DNA from: Pseudomonadota bacterium
Lineage (GTDB): Bacteria > Pseudomonadota > Alphaproteobacteria > Caulobacterales > Parvularculaceae
Direction of reading: 5' to 3'
Assembly (NCBI GenBank): GCA_038522735.1
Contig: JBCBJX010000003.1
Span: 20,685 to 84,684 of the forward strand
Length of the DNA stretch: 64,000 bases
Position 1 is the stretch's first letter. Each line of letters begins with the position of its first letter. The notes below the pieces were generated by a model. It searched no databases. It was given only the letters and a program-made list of their open reading frames with translations, and was not told where the DNA came from. This document shows positions 18,371 to 29,185 of the stretch, piece by piece. Both the position numbers and the translations under genes were made by a program.

Positions 18371-19939
18371 ATGGCGTGGACGCGACGGGGGATCGTGCGG
18401 CTCTTTGGAGCCGCCGGCGGGTTCGGGGCGGCGACGGCCGCCATGGGCGCGCTCGATATGAAGGCGGTCGCGGCCGCCGGCGCCGGGCGGCTCGATCTCG
18501 GGCGGATCGGCGGCGGCCGGAAAGTCCTTATTCTGGGCGCGGGCGTCAGCGGCCTCTCCGCGGCCTATGAGCTGGAGCGGGCCGGCTTCTCCTGCCAGGT
18601 GCTGGAGGCGCGCACCCGGGCCGGCGGGCGCAACTGGACGTGGCGCGACGGGACGAAAGTTCCGCACCGGGACGGCGAGCAGACGGTCCGATTCGATGAA
18701 GGCGACTATTTCAACGCTGGGCCGGCGCGCATTCCGGGTTTCCATGAAACGGTCCTCGGCTATTGCCGGGATCTCGGCGTCCCCCTCGAACCCTTTTTCT
18801 ACGAAAACAAGAACGCCTTCTTCCTCAGCGACAAGATCGCCGGCGGCGAACGGGTGCGCCATCGCCGGGTGCGATATTCCGTACAGTCCGCGATCGAAGA
18901 GCTGATGATGAAGTCCCTCGACCGCCGGGCCCTCGACGCGCCGGTCTCGGACGAGGACTTTGAAAAGCTGAAAGAATTCTTCCGGCTGACGACGGGGCGG
19001 GGCGACGCGCCGTTCCCGTCGGAGCTGCGCCTCGGCTTCACGCACCATCCGGGCGCCGGGCTCGACGCGGGGGAGCTCGACACGCGGATCCCGATTTCGG
19101 AAATCGCCCAAAGCGACGTTCTCTCAATCGTCCTGTCGACCTACGATTTCCATGAATGGCAGGCGACGCTGATGCAGCCCGTCGGCGGCATGGACCAGAT
19201 CCCGAAAGCGTTCCTGCGCAACATCACCTCGCCCGTCGCGTTCGGCTTCGAGGCGCGCTCCATGACGCAGACGGACGATAAAGTCGTTGTCGGCGGCGTC
19301 GATCGGGCGAGCGGCGAGGCGCGGACCTTCGAAGGCGATTTCGTCATCTGCACGCTGCCTCTGCCGATCGTCGACAAGATGGAGACGGCGTTCTCTCCGA
19401 AGGTCGCGAAAGCCGTGGCGGCGGCGGCCGAATACTGGGAGCCGACGTCCAAGATGGCCTGGCGCGCCCAGCGGCGTTTCTGGGAGGAGGATGACGGCGT
19501 CTATGGCGGGGCGAGCAGCGTCGAAGGCCCGATGATGCAGTACTGGTATCCGAACCAGGGCTTCGGCGGCGCCGGCGGGGTTCTGCTCGGTGCGTATACG
19601 GCGGTGGAGGCGGCGGAGTTCTGGACGAGGCTGCCGCTGGCCGAGCAGATCGCCATGTCGCGCCGGTTCGGAACCCGCCTTCATCCGGCCTTCGCGAATG
19701 AGGCGATCGATCCGGTGGGAGTAGACTGGCTCGACCAGACCTACTCCGCAGGCGGATGGGCCTGGCTCGCCGATGATCTTTCCGAGGGCGGGCCATACCA
19801 GACGCTGATGAAATTCGACGGTCGGATCGGCTTCGCGGGCGATTATCTCTCCCATCTGCCGGGCTGGCAGGAGGGGGCTCTGCTTTCCGCCCGCCATGCA
19901 ATGAACGCCCTCGCCGGCCTGGTTCAATCAGACCTTTGA
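18371..19939 (+). CDS. flavin-dependent amine / L-amino-acid oxidase family protein with a twin-arginine (Tat) signal
   Basis: 'MAWTRRGIVRLFGAAGGFGAATAAMGA' looks like a Tat leader. The FAD dinucleotide fold is 'KVLILGAGVSGLSAAYELERAGFSCQVLEARTRAGGR', and the C-terminal 'GFAGDYLS..GWQEGALLSA' is typical of the amine oxidase family. The track ORF at 18146 is an upstream extension. Confidence 0.8.
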   Translation: MAWTRRGIVRLFGAAGGFGAATAAMGALDMKAVAAAGAGRLDLGRIGGGRKVLILGAGVSGLSAAYELERAGFSCQVLEARTRAGGRNWTWRDGTKVPHRDGEQTVRFDEGDYFNAGPARIPGFHETVLGYCRDLGVPLEPFFYENKNAFFLSDKIAGGERVRHRRVRYSVQSAIEELMMKSLDRRALDAPVSDEDFEKLKEFFRLTTGRGDAPFPSELRLGFTHHPGAGLDAGELDTRIPISEIAQSDVLSIVLSTYDFHEWQATLMQPVGGMDQIPKAFLRNITSPVAFGFEARSMTQTDDKVVVGGVDRASGEARTFEGDFVICTLPLPIVDKMETAFSPKVAKAVAAAAEYWEPTSKMAWRAQRRFWEEDDGVYGGASSVEGPMMQYWYPNQGFGGAGGVLLGAYTAVEAAEFWTRLPLAEQIAMSRRFGTRLHPAFANEAIDPVGVDWLDQTYSAGGWAWLADDLSEGGPYQTLMKFDGRIGFAGDYLSHLPGWQEGALLSARHAMNALAGLVQSDL

Positions 19940-19956
19940 TCTGCAACAGGAGCTTG

Positions 19957-20454
19957 ATGATGAAACGCTTCCTCGCCGCGGCGCCGCTTGCGGCGCTGCT
20001 CGCCCTCGCAAACGCCGCCGCGCATGATCAGGTAAAGCGCAACAAGATCCCGGGGTCCAATTTTCCGATTGCGGAATCTGTCGAGGTTACCGCCGATACG
20101 GGCCTCGTCTTTGTCAGCGGCGCCGTGCCGTCGCCGATTGTCGAGGACGGCGACCCCGAGGCGATCGCGACCTACGGCGACACGGAAGCCCAGACCCGTT
20201 CTGTTCTCGCGGCTATCGAGGCGCGGCTGCAGCGCATCGGCCTCGGCATGGGCGACGTGGTGATGATGCGGGCTTATCTGGTCGCTGATCCCGAGTTGGG
20301 CCGGATGGACTTCCCGGGGTTCATGCGCGGCTATGTCGAGCACTTCGGGACGGAGGCGCAGCCGAACCTGCCCGCCCGCTCTGCGATTGAGATCGCGGGG
20401 CTCGCCCGGAACGGCTGGCTCGTCGAGATCGAAGTCGTCGCCGCGCGACAGTAA
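19957..20454 (+). CDS. RidA/YjgF-family imine deaminase with an N-terminal Sec-type signal peptide
   Basis: The signal peptide is 'MMKRFLAAAPLAALLALANAAAHD'. The RidA core is 'GLVFVSGAV..', '..DVVMMRAYL..' and 'PARSAIEIAGLARNGWLVEIEVVA'. An AGGAG SD is present, and the gene starts 17 nt after the oxidase stop. Confidence 0.8.
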   Translation: MMKRFLAAAPLAALLALANAAAHDQVKRNKIPGSNFPIAESVEVTADTGLVFVSGAVPSPIVEDGDPEAIATYGDTEAQTRSVLAAIEARLQRIGLGMGDVVMMRAYLVADPELGRMDFPGFMRGYVEHFGTEAQPNLPARSAIEIAGLARNGWLVEIEVVAARQ

Positions 20455-20462
20455 ATCGCCGC

Positions 20463-21440
20463 TCAGACGAGGAGGGCGACCGCGAACCAGCCGCGGGCGT
20501 CCTTCCAGATTTCCGAGACGCTCCAGCCGCCCGCCTCGGCGCGTTCGCGCAGGCGCGCCTCTGTGTACTTGTGCGAGCTTTCCGTATGGATCGTTTCACC
20601 CTCGGCGAAGGCGAACGAGCGGTCGTCTAGAACGATCTCCGTCGCCCGCGTCGCCTCAAGATGCATCTCGATGCGTTCGAGATCGGCGTTCCAGATCGCG
20701 CGATGGCGGAAAGCGCCGATTTCAATCCTCGCGTCGAGCTCCGATTTCATGCGCAGAAGGACGTTCGTGTTGAAGTCCGCCGTCACGCCGGCGGCGTCGT
20801 CGTACGCCGACAGCAGGATATCTTCGTCCTTTACGAGATCGACGCCGATGAGAAACTCCGCACCGGGACCGAGGTTGCGGCGCGCGCGGGCGAGGAAGTC
20901 GATCGCCTGGCGCTCCTCGAAATTGCCGAGGGTCGATCCCGGAAAGTAACCTGCATTCCTTGATCCGCGGAGGTGATCCGCCGGGAGCGCAATTTCGCCG
21001 AAAAAGTCGGCGCAGATCGCACCGACGGCGAGGTTTGGGCGCTCCTCGGCGACCCGGCCCGCCGCGGCGAGGAGGGCTTCCCGGGAGATGTCGATTGCAA
21101 CGTAATCGGCGACTGCGTCGCATGCGTCGAGAAGGAGCGCGATCTTCTCGCTCGCGCCGGAGCCGTATTCGATGATCGACGCGTCGCGTCCCAGCGCCGC
21201 CGCCATATCCGTGGCCGCCGAGCGCATGAGAGAAAGCTCAGTACGGGTGACATAATATTCCGGCGTCTCGCAGATCGCTTCGAAGAGCGCTGAACCGCGC
21301 GCATCATAGAAGTACTTCGGCGCGAGTTTTTTCGGCGACGCCGCGAGGCCGGCGAGGGCGTCGGCCCGGAAGTCGGCGGCCTTCGGCTCCTGGTCGAGAA
21401 AGAAGGAAAGCGCCCCGTGCGGCGCGGTCAGCTTGGCCAT
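20463..21440 (-). CDS. egtD: L-histidine N(alpha)-methyltransferase (EgtD family)
   Basis: 'YFYDARGSALFEAICETPEYYVTRTE', 'FPGSTLGNF', 'LIGVDLVKD..LSAYDDAAGVTADFNTNVLLRM' and 'ESSHKY' match EgtD. I chose the ATG at 21440, which has a GGAGG SD. Confidence 0.85.
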   Translation of the reverse strand: MAKLTAPHGALSFFLDQEPKAADFRADALAGLAASPKKLAPKYFYDARGSALFEAICETPEYYVTRTELSLMRSAATDMAAALGRDASIIEYGSGASEKIALLLDACDAVADYVAIDISREALLAAAGRVAEERPNLAVGAICADFFGEIALPADHLRGSRNAGYFPGSTLGNFEERQAIDFLARARRNLGPGAEFLIGVDLVKDEDILLSAYDDAAGVTADFNTNVLLRMKSELDARIEIGAFRHRAIWNADLERIEMHLEATRATEIVLDDRSFAFAEGETIHTESSHKYTEARLRERAEAGGWSVSEIWKDARGWFAVALLV

Positions 21441-21474
21441 TCTGGCCTCCGGTAACTTTTTAGAGGGGGAGCGG

Positions 21475-22038
21475 TCAGGCGCGTCTCGCGCGCAGTGCTG
21501 TCGAGGATGCGGGGTTTCTGGTGCGGGCGAAATAAACCCAGCATGGCGGGTCGGTCTCCGCAAGGGTGCGCGCGGCGCTGGACGGTAAGCGACGATTACG
21601 GAGGACTTGCGCGGCTGGCGACAGCGGCGCCTTCAGGACGGAGCCTGGGCGGGAGAACACCGCGATCGGCGTGCGGTCAGCGATTTCCCGCCAGCCGCGC
21701 CAGCGGTCGAATGTCGCAAGATTGTCCGCACCCATGATCCAGATGAATTTGACGCCGTGATAGCGTTCCGTCAGCCGACGAACGGTGTCGAGCGTATAGC
21801 GCGAGCCGAGGCGCGCCTCGATGTCCGTGACGTCGAAGCGCGGGTGGCGGGCGAGGCGGCGAGTCGCCGCGAGCCGGTCGGCGAGCGGCGCATATTCGCC
21901 GTTGGATTTCAGAGGGTTGCCCGGCGTCACCAGCCACCAGACGGCGTGGAGATCAAGGCGGCGGAGCGCGGCGAGGGCGATTTCGAGGTGGCCCTCATGG
22001 GGCGGATTGAACGAGCCGCCGAAGAGGCCGACGCGCAT
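21475..22038 (-). CDS. nadD: nicotinate-nucleotide adenylyltransferase
   Basis: It begins 'MRVGLFGGSFNPPHEGHL', the (H/T)xGH nucleotidyltransferase motif at the N-terminus. Confidence 0.88.
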   Translation of the reverse strand: MRVGLFGGSFNPPHEGHLEIALAALRRLDLHAVWWLVTPGNPLKSNGEYAPLADRLAATRRLARHPRFDVTDIEARLGSRYTLDTVRRLTERYHGVKFIWIMGADNLATFDRWRGWREIADRTPIAVFSRPGSVLKAPLSPAAQVLRNRRLPSSAARTLAETDPPCWVYFARTRNPASSTALRARRA

Positions 22039-22175
22039 GCCGTCCCCGGCGATAGGGCCGCCCGATCTTGTCAGATGAAACACAATCGCGTCCGTCGTCG
22101 CGAACGCGCGCCGCGTTCATGGAAGGAGGAGCGTAGGCAGCGGCCGCGACGGGTTCAACCGCGCCCGCGCGGCGG

Positions 22176-23742
<1,567 letters not shown>

Positions 23743-23746
<4 letters not shown>

Positions 23747-24306
23747 GCGGCTCGCGCTTTCGCAAAATCGAGGACGGTCTCGACATGGGGCAGGTCCTCG
23801 CCGCGCGCGAGGGCGTGGGCGACGCCCTGTCCGCAGACGGTGAAGCCGTGCTTCTCCTGAATGCGCGCTGAGGCGGCGTTTTCGACGAAATAGCCCGAGA
23901 GAATGCGGGTCGCGCGCAGGGCGTCGCGAGCGAAGGCGATCGCCGCGCCGACCGCCTCGCTCATGAAACCCCGCCCCCAGTAAGGCTCGCCCAGCCAGTA
24001 TCCCAGCGTCGGCGGCGTGTCCGGCGCGCCTCGTTCAAGGCCGATGATCCCGATGAGGCCGGAGCGTTCGCCCCGTGCGTCGATGGCGAAGACTGAAGAT
24101 GCGCCAGATGCGCATTTGACCGGCAGGTCTCCGAGGAAGCGCTGCGCGTCCGCGAGACCGTACGGGTGCGGAATGCGGGCGAGGGACCGCGCGACGGCGC
24201 CGTCGGCGAGGAGTTCGGCGATCCGCGGCGCGTCCCTGAAAGTCGGCGCGCGCAGGACGAGGCGCTTCGTCACGAAGAGCGGGTCGAGATCAGTTGTGTG
24301 CGTCAT
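23743..24306 (-). CDS. GNAT family N-acetyltransferase
   Basis: 'YWLGEPYWGRGFMSEAVGAAIAFA' is GNAT motif A. It overlaps the downstream GNAT gene by 4 nt. Confidence 0.75.
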
Positions 24307-24341
24307 GTCTGGGCTCCGCTTCCGCTTCGGGAGGACGCAAC

Positions 24342-24366
24342 AAAAAAGGAGGCGCGGCGGCCTCCT
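24342..24366 (-). terminator. rho-independent terminator after rpmA
   Basis: On the minus strand, GGAGGC-CGCCGC-GCCTCC is followed by TTTTTT. Confidence 0.65.
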
Positions 24367-24423
24367 TCCTTCCCTCGCGGGGCCTTGCGGAGGTTCGCCG
24401 CAGAACGCGGCGAACGGGCCGCG

Positions 24424-24687
24424 TCAGGCGTCTTTGGGACCGTCGACCGATACGATATTGCGGTCGCCGGACGTCTTTTTGAAGGCGACGACGCCTTCAC
24501 AGAGCGCAAACAGGGTGTGGTCCTTGCCCATGCCGACATTGTCGCCCGGGTGGAACTGGGTGCCGCGCTGGCGGACGATGATGTTGCCGGGAACGACCTG
24601 CTCGCCGCCGAACTTCTTTACGCCGAGGCGCCGGCCGGCGCTGTCGCGTCCGTTGCGGGATGAGCCGCCTGCTTTTTTATGAGCCAT
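24424..24687 (-). CDS. rpmA: 50S ribosomal protein L27
   Basis: '[28 protein letters not shown]'. Confidence 0.97.
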   Translation of the reverse strand: MAHKKAGGSSRNGRDSAGRRLGVKKFGGEQVVPGNIIVRQRGTQFHPGDNVGMGKDHTLFALCEGVVAFKKTSGDRNIVSVDGPKDA

Positions 24688-24707
24688 CTCGTACTCCTCC
24701 GGATCCG

Positions 24708-25034
24708 TTACCGGGCCGCCGCGCCGGCGACGATGTCCTTGATTTTCAAGGTCGTCAGCAGCTGGCGGTGGCCCTTCTTGCGGCGATAGTTCTGACGGCG
24801 GCGCTTCTTGAAGACGATGATCTTTTCGCCGCGGCCCTGTTCGACGATCTCCGCGGAGACGGTCGCGCCCTCGACCGTCGGCGCGCCGATCGTGACCGTT
24901 TCGCCCTCGCCGACCATCAGGACGGTTTCGAGCGAGACAGTGTCGCCGGCTTCGCCTTCGAGGCGCTCGACATCGATCACGTCGTCGGCGGCGACGCGGT
25001 ATTGCTTGCCGCCCGTTTTTACGACTGCGTACAT
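24708..25034 (-). CDS. rplU: 50S ribosomal protein L21
   Basis: '[14 protein letters not shown]...[16 protein letters not shown]'. Confidence 0.97.
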   Translation of the reverse strand: MYAVVKTGGKQYRVAADDVIDVERLEGEAGDTVSLETVLMVGEGETVTIGAPTVEGATVSAEIVEQGRGEKIIVFKKRRRQNYRRKKGHRQLLTTLKIKDIVAGAAAR

Positions 25035-25166
25035 GGCGGGTCCTTTTTCATATCCGCGTCTTTTGCGCGGTTGTCGGTTTCAAAAAGAGCGCGGGGAGTA
25101 GCCTCCGCGCGCTCTTCAGTCAATCGTTTTTCCGGCTCGCTCGACGAGGCGTTCGAGCCGCTGCGA

Positions 25167-27698
25167 TCAGATCCCGGCGACCAGCGCCCGGATGTGCGCC
25201 CGGTGCGCCTTCTGCTCGCTCGACATGCCGAACTCGAACATGCCGAGGCGGGATTTTACGTCCTGCAGGGCGGCGAGCATCGCGCTTTCGGCGGACGGCT
25301 CGTAGGCGCCCGACAGGAGGAGTTCACGCAGGGCCTCGACATAAACAATCTGCAGGTTGCGCCGGTAGACGTTCGGGGTCCCGCGCAGATCGCCGCCGAT
25401 GATCTCGTCGTTGAGGTCGAGGAGCATTTCGAGCGGCGTGTAGGTCCCGCCGTACTCCGCGGAGTTCGACAGCCGCCCAAGGGTGTTCGGGTGCAAAATG
25501 TGCTGCAGGCTGTCGATCTGCGAGAAGAGGACGAGGTCGCGGAACTTCGGATCCTCGGTCACGCCGAAGAAATCATAGCCGCGGCGCTGGGGCTGGATGA
25601 AGGCCGCGATGTCGTCGGCGGTTTCAAAAGCGTCCGCAGCGTAGATACGCTCGCCGAGGAGCCTGATCGCCGCTTTCTGCTTCGCTTCTGGAACCGGAGA
25701 ATAGGGTTTTTTGCCTTCGGACCCCGGCTGGCCGGCGTCGAAACGCTCGACATAGACGCCGCCGACATAGCGCGAGACGCCGCGGGCCATGCCGCGTTTC
25801 TGCCCGACCAACGCATAATAAGAATCCCGGAGCATCTGCCAGCTTTCGCCTTCCTCCGTAAACTTCGTTTTGAGGTCGCCCATGATGTAGTCGACGAGAT
25901 CGAAGCGCTGCTCCGCGTAGACGACCATATCGCTCGACATGTCGCCGACATTCACCCGCGGGTCGATGCCCCAGAACGAGGTGCGCATATCGTCGGCGTC
26001 GTTGCCGAAAGTCAGCTGCGGCTCCAGCGAGCGATAGAGGTGCGCCTTGCGATCAAGGTCCGGCCGGTAGCCGAACTCGATCGCCCAGTCGTCATAGGGA
26101 CCAGGACGGTAATCGATCCAGTCGCCCTGTTCGACACCGACGGGCGCGGCGTTGATCGCGTGGTAGTCCATGACCGAGCCGGTGAGCTGGCCGTCGGTGA
26201 TCGACGCGTCGTGCACGTCGTAGGGATCGCGCCAGCTTGACGCTTTCATATTGTGGTTGAGGCCGAGGGTGTGGCCGATCTCGTGGAGGATCAGGAGGCG
26301 GAGTTCCTGGTCGATTAGGTCCGCGATCTCGTCGTCGCCCATCCCCTGCGCCCGTCCGAGCGCGGCGGCGAACATGATGTTCTGGTGCATCGTGCGGCCG
26401 GCGGAGCAGGCGTGTGTGCGATGGTTCGTGTGGGCCGCATTCTCGGTATCGAGACTCGCAAGGATGTTTTCGGCGAGTTTCGGGGAGTTCGTTTCGCCGT
26501 AAATCTCGTCCTGGAAGATGCGGTTTGTGAGGTAGACGTATTCAAGCATGACGTCGGCGGCGAGGATTTCGCCTGTGCGCGGATGGGCGAGGCTCGGCCC
26601 GTAGCCGCCGAAGGGCGGAACGGGCGACGACGTCCAGCGGAGGACGTTGTAGCGAATGTCGCCCGCGTCCCAGTCGGCGTCGTCAGGCTGCACTTTCACC
26701 TGGATCGCATCTTTGAAGCCCGCCGCCTCGAAGCTCTGGTTCCAGGCGAGCGCGCCTTCCTTGATGATGTCCCGGTACGCTTCCGGCGTCGTGTTTTCAA
26801 TCCACCAGACAATCGGTTCGACCGGTTCGGAAAGCTCCGCATCCGGGTCTTTCTTCACGAGGCGCCAGCGGGTGATGAGGTCGCGATAGGGCGTGCGGGA
26901 CGGCGTGGTCTGATCGGTGATCCGACTGGTGAAATATCCGACCCGGTAATCGTCGAAACGCGGTTCGAACGCCTCGTCCGGCGTCTCGATGAAGGTGTGC
27001 TGCACGGTGATGGTCACAGCACGGGCGTCCGTCACCGCCGCGCTCGCGCCGCGCGGGCGACCATCATAGACATAATCCACCCGGACATCCGTGTTTTTCG
27101 GATAATTGCGGATCTGATTGAATTTCGTTTTCGATTTCGACAGCCCGCCGAGAATGCCGCCATTGCCCGGGCCGCCGGCCGGCTTGATCGGGGTGAGGTC
27201 TTCGGTGAGGAATAGCGGTCGCGCATCGATAAGGTACCGCGCCTCTTCCCCTTCCCCGCTGACCGCCTCGATGCCGATGCTGGAGACGATCGCCGGGGAC
27301 ATGTTGGCGTTCGCCGCGCGCGAAAGGGCGTTCTCCGGATCAAAGTAGAAAGATGTGTTCTCCTCTACGAACTCGATCCGGTTGTAGTGCTTGTTGAGGG
27401 AAATCACCCGCTCGTCGCGGTACTGGCCCCGGAAGTGGCCCGCCTCGAGCACGCCGTTCTCCGTATAGGTGAAGACGACGAATTCTTCGCCGATCTGGCC
27501 GGCGCCGATCTCGATGAAGACGGCGCCCGTTTTCGGGTCCGTATAGACAGGAAAAAGCCCCTCCTGGACGTCGAAGCCCTCGGTCTTTTTCTCGATCGTC
27601 GGCGGTTTTTTATCTTTGTCCTGAGCCGCAGCGCCCGTCGCGAAAGCGCCGAACGAAAGCCACGCGACTGCCATCGCGGCGATCCGAATCCCTTGCAT
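25167..27698 (-). CDS. large secreted zinc-dependent metalloprotease (HExxH..N type, DUF5117/DUF4953-like)
   Basis: It has a signal peptide 'MQGIRIAAMAVAWLSFGAFATGAAAQ' and the zinc motif 'LILHEIGHTLGLNHN'. 843 aa. Confidence 0.75.
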   Translation of the reverse strand: MQGIRIAAMAVAWLSFGAFATGAAAQDKDKKPPTIEKKTEGFDVQEGLFPVYTDPKTGAVFIEIGAGQIGEEFVVFTYTENGVLEAGHFRGQYRDERVISLNKHYNRIEFVEENTSFYFDPENALSRAANANMSPAIVSSIGIEAVSGEGEEARYLIDARPLFLTEDLTPIKPAGGPGNGGILGGLSKSKTKFNQIRNYPKNTDVRVDYVYDGRPRGASAAVTDARAVTITVQHTFIETPDEAFEPRFDDYRVGYFTSRITDQTTPSRTPYRDLITRWRLVKKDPDAELSEPVEPIVWWIENTTPEAYRDIIKEGALAWNQSFEAAGFKDAIQVKVQPDDADWDAGDIRYNVLRWTSSPVPPFGGYGPSLAHPRTGEILAADVMLEYVYLTNRIFQDEIYGETNSPKLAENILASLDTENAAHTNHRTHACSAGRTMHQNIMFAAALGRAQGMGDDEIADLIDQELRLLILHEIGHTLGLNHNMKASSWRDPYDVHDASITDGQLTGSVMDYHAINAAPVGVEQGDWIDYRPGPYDDWAIEFGYRPDLDRKAHLYRSLEPQLTFGNDADDMRTSFWGIDPRVNVGDMSSDMVVYAEQRFDLVDYIMGDLKTKFTEEGESWQMLRDSYYALVGQKRGMARGVSRYVGGVYVERFDAGQPGSEGKKPYSPVPEAKQKAAIRLLGERIYAADAFETADDIAAFIQPQRRGYDFFGVTEDPKFRDLVLFSQIDSLQHILHPNTLGRLSNSAEYGGTYTPLEMLLDLNDEIIGGDLRGTPNVYRRNLQIVYVEALRELLLSGAYEPSAESAMLAALQDVKSRLGMFEFGMSSEQKAHRAHIRALVAGI

Positions 27699-27968
27699 CC
27701 CACCGTCCCCAGAAAACCCTAAGCCTCCGCACCGTGGCCCGAGCAGGGCGGCGGGGCAAGCGCGGCGCGGCGTCGCCGGGCGACTGTGTCCGTTTCGTCA
27801 CGGCGGAGCGCTGCTGATCCCGCGAACTCTCGCAGTCCTGCGGCGCGGCGGCGAGATCCGTTCAACCCCAGGGCGCGCGCCGCCGCCGTCCTCTTCTTCG
27901 CTTGACCGCTGCGAGCGCTTTTGAGATGACGCCGCCTCCCCGCGCGGCCGCCCGCCCGCCGGGGCTGC

Positions 27969-28058
27969 GGAGAGGTGCCGGAGTGGTCGAACGGGGCGGT
28001 CTCGAAAACCGTTGTCCTCGCAAGGGGACCGAGGGTTCGAATCCCTCTCTCTCCGCCA
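27969..28058 (+). tRNA. tRNA-Ser (anticodon CGA), CCA encoded
   Basis: Hand fold: the acceptor is GGAGAGG/TCTCTCC with one G-U pair. The anticodon loop is CT-CGA-AA, the variable arm TGTCCTCGCAAGGGGAC is long, the T arm is GAGGG-TTCGAAT-CCCTC, and the 3' end is GCCA. Confidence 0.92.
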
Positions 28059-28118
28059 GTTTCATTCAGTCTCTTACGTCTGCGGGCTTCGCTCAAGCGT
28101 CGAAGGGGAAAACGCAGC

Positions 28119-28772
28119 ATGCGTATTTTCATCGACACCGCTGACATCGACGAGCTGAAGACCGCCTTCAAGACCGGTCTCGTCGACGGGGTGACGACCA
28201 ATCCGAGCCTGATCGCCAAATCGGGCCGCGACTTCAAAGAAGTGATTGCGGAAATCTGCGCGATGACCGACGGAGCCGTCTCCGCGGAGGTGGCGTCGAC
28301 GGACGCGGAGACTATGCTGAAAGAGTCCGATGTGCTCGCCGCGATCGCGCCCAATGTCGTGGTGAAGCTGCCGTTGACCTGGGACGGCCTCAGGGCGTGT
28401 CGCGTCCTGAGCGACAAAGGCGTGCAGACGAACGTGACGCTCTGTTTCTCCGCCAATCAGGCGATGCTCGCGGCGAAGGCGGGCGCGACATATGTCTCGC
28501 CGTTCATCGGCCGCCTCGATGATCTCGGCCTGGACGGCATAGAGCTTATCCACGACATCAGAGCGATCTACGACCGGCAGGCCTTCGAAACACAGATCCT
28601 CGCCGCTTCGGTCCGTACCCCGAACCATGTTCAGCATGCGGCGATTGCAGGGGCCGACGTTGCGACGATCCCGCTCAAGATTTTCGACCAGCTCGCGCGC
28701 CATACGCTCACGGACAAAGGTCTCGCCGCATTTGTGAGCGATTGGGCTGAAACCGGACAATCGATCCTTTAA
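28119..28772 (+). CDS. tal: transaldolase, short fructose-6-phosphate-aldolase-like type
   Basis: It begins '[22 protein letters not shown]' and has the Schiff-base Lys in 'VVVKLP'. 217 aa. The track ORF (27975) runs over the tRNA and is an extension. Confidence 0.9.
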   Translation: MRIFIDTADIDELKTAFKTGLVDGVTTNPSLIAKSGRDFKEVIAEICAMTDGAVSAEVASTDAETMLKESDVLAAIAPNVVVKLPLTWDGLRACRVLSDKGVQTNVTLCFSANQAMLAAKAGATYVSPFIGRLDDLGLDGIELIHDIRAIYDRQAFETQILAASVRTPNHVQHAAIAGADVATIPLKIFDQLARHTLTDKGLAAFVSDWAETGQSIL

Positions 28773-28795
28773 GAGCAGATCCAGGCGAAGCGGGG

Positions 28796-29185
28796 TTACC
28801 CCGCAGGCGTGAACATGGGGACCGGCGGGCCGCCGTCGGTCTCAGCCCATGCAAGGCGCACCCGGTCGCCCGCTTTGAGAGCGCCCAGGTCGTCAGCCAG
28901 AATGTTCGTCAGGATCGACGGGCCCTCGTTGAGGGTCACGTAGGCGACGGCATACGGGGCGTCCTCGCCGCGGCGCATGACGGAGACGGAGTAGATCTCG
29001 CCTTCGCCACTGCTCTGGAGCGCTTCCGGCTCCATCGCGCCGCAGGCGGGGCAGACGATGCGCGGATAATAATGGACGCGGCCGCACTTCTTGCATCGGT
29101 GAAGAAGGAGGCGGCCCTCGGCCGCCGCCGCCCAAAATTTCTCTGTCTCCGGATCGGGCTTCGGCGCGGGAAGCGTGCGGCTCAT
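28796..29185 (-). CDS. Zn-ribbon / OB-fold protein (DUF35 family)
   Basis: It has the zinc ribbon 'CKKCGRVHYYPRIVCPACG' followed by an OB-fold-sized C-terminus. It overlaps the upstream thiolase-like gene by 4 nt. Confidence 0.75.
   Translation of the reverse strand: MSRTLPAPKPDPETEKFWAAAAEGRLLLHRCKKCGRVHYYPRIVCPACGAMEPEALQSSGEGEIYSVSVMRRGEDAPYAVAYVTLNEGPSILTNILADDLGALKAGDRVRLAWAETDGGPPVPMFTPAG

Noticed and set aside
22039-22175. Possible remnant of proB/proA in the obgE-nadD gap
   Set aside because: The gap is only 137 nt, and I found no frame with ProB- or ProA-like sequence. It is treated as plain intergenic DNA.
24660-26240. 526-aa plus-strand ORF
   Set aside because: It is antisense to rplU and the metalloprotease gene, and has no motifs. 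It is a shadow ORF.
27901-27935. TTGACC-containing stretch upstream of tRNA-Ser as a promoter
   Set aside because: No acceptable -10 hexamer lies at 16-18 nt spacing. The evidence is too weak to list as a feature.
27975-28118. 5' extension of the transaldolase ORF
   Set aside because: It runs straight through the tRNA-Ser gene. The canonical [12 protein letters not shown] start is at 28119.
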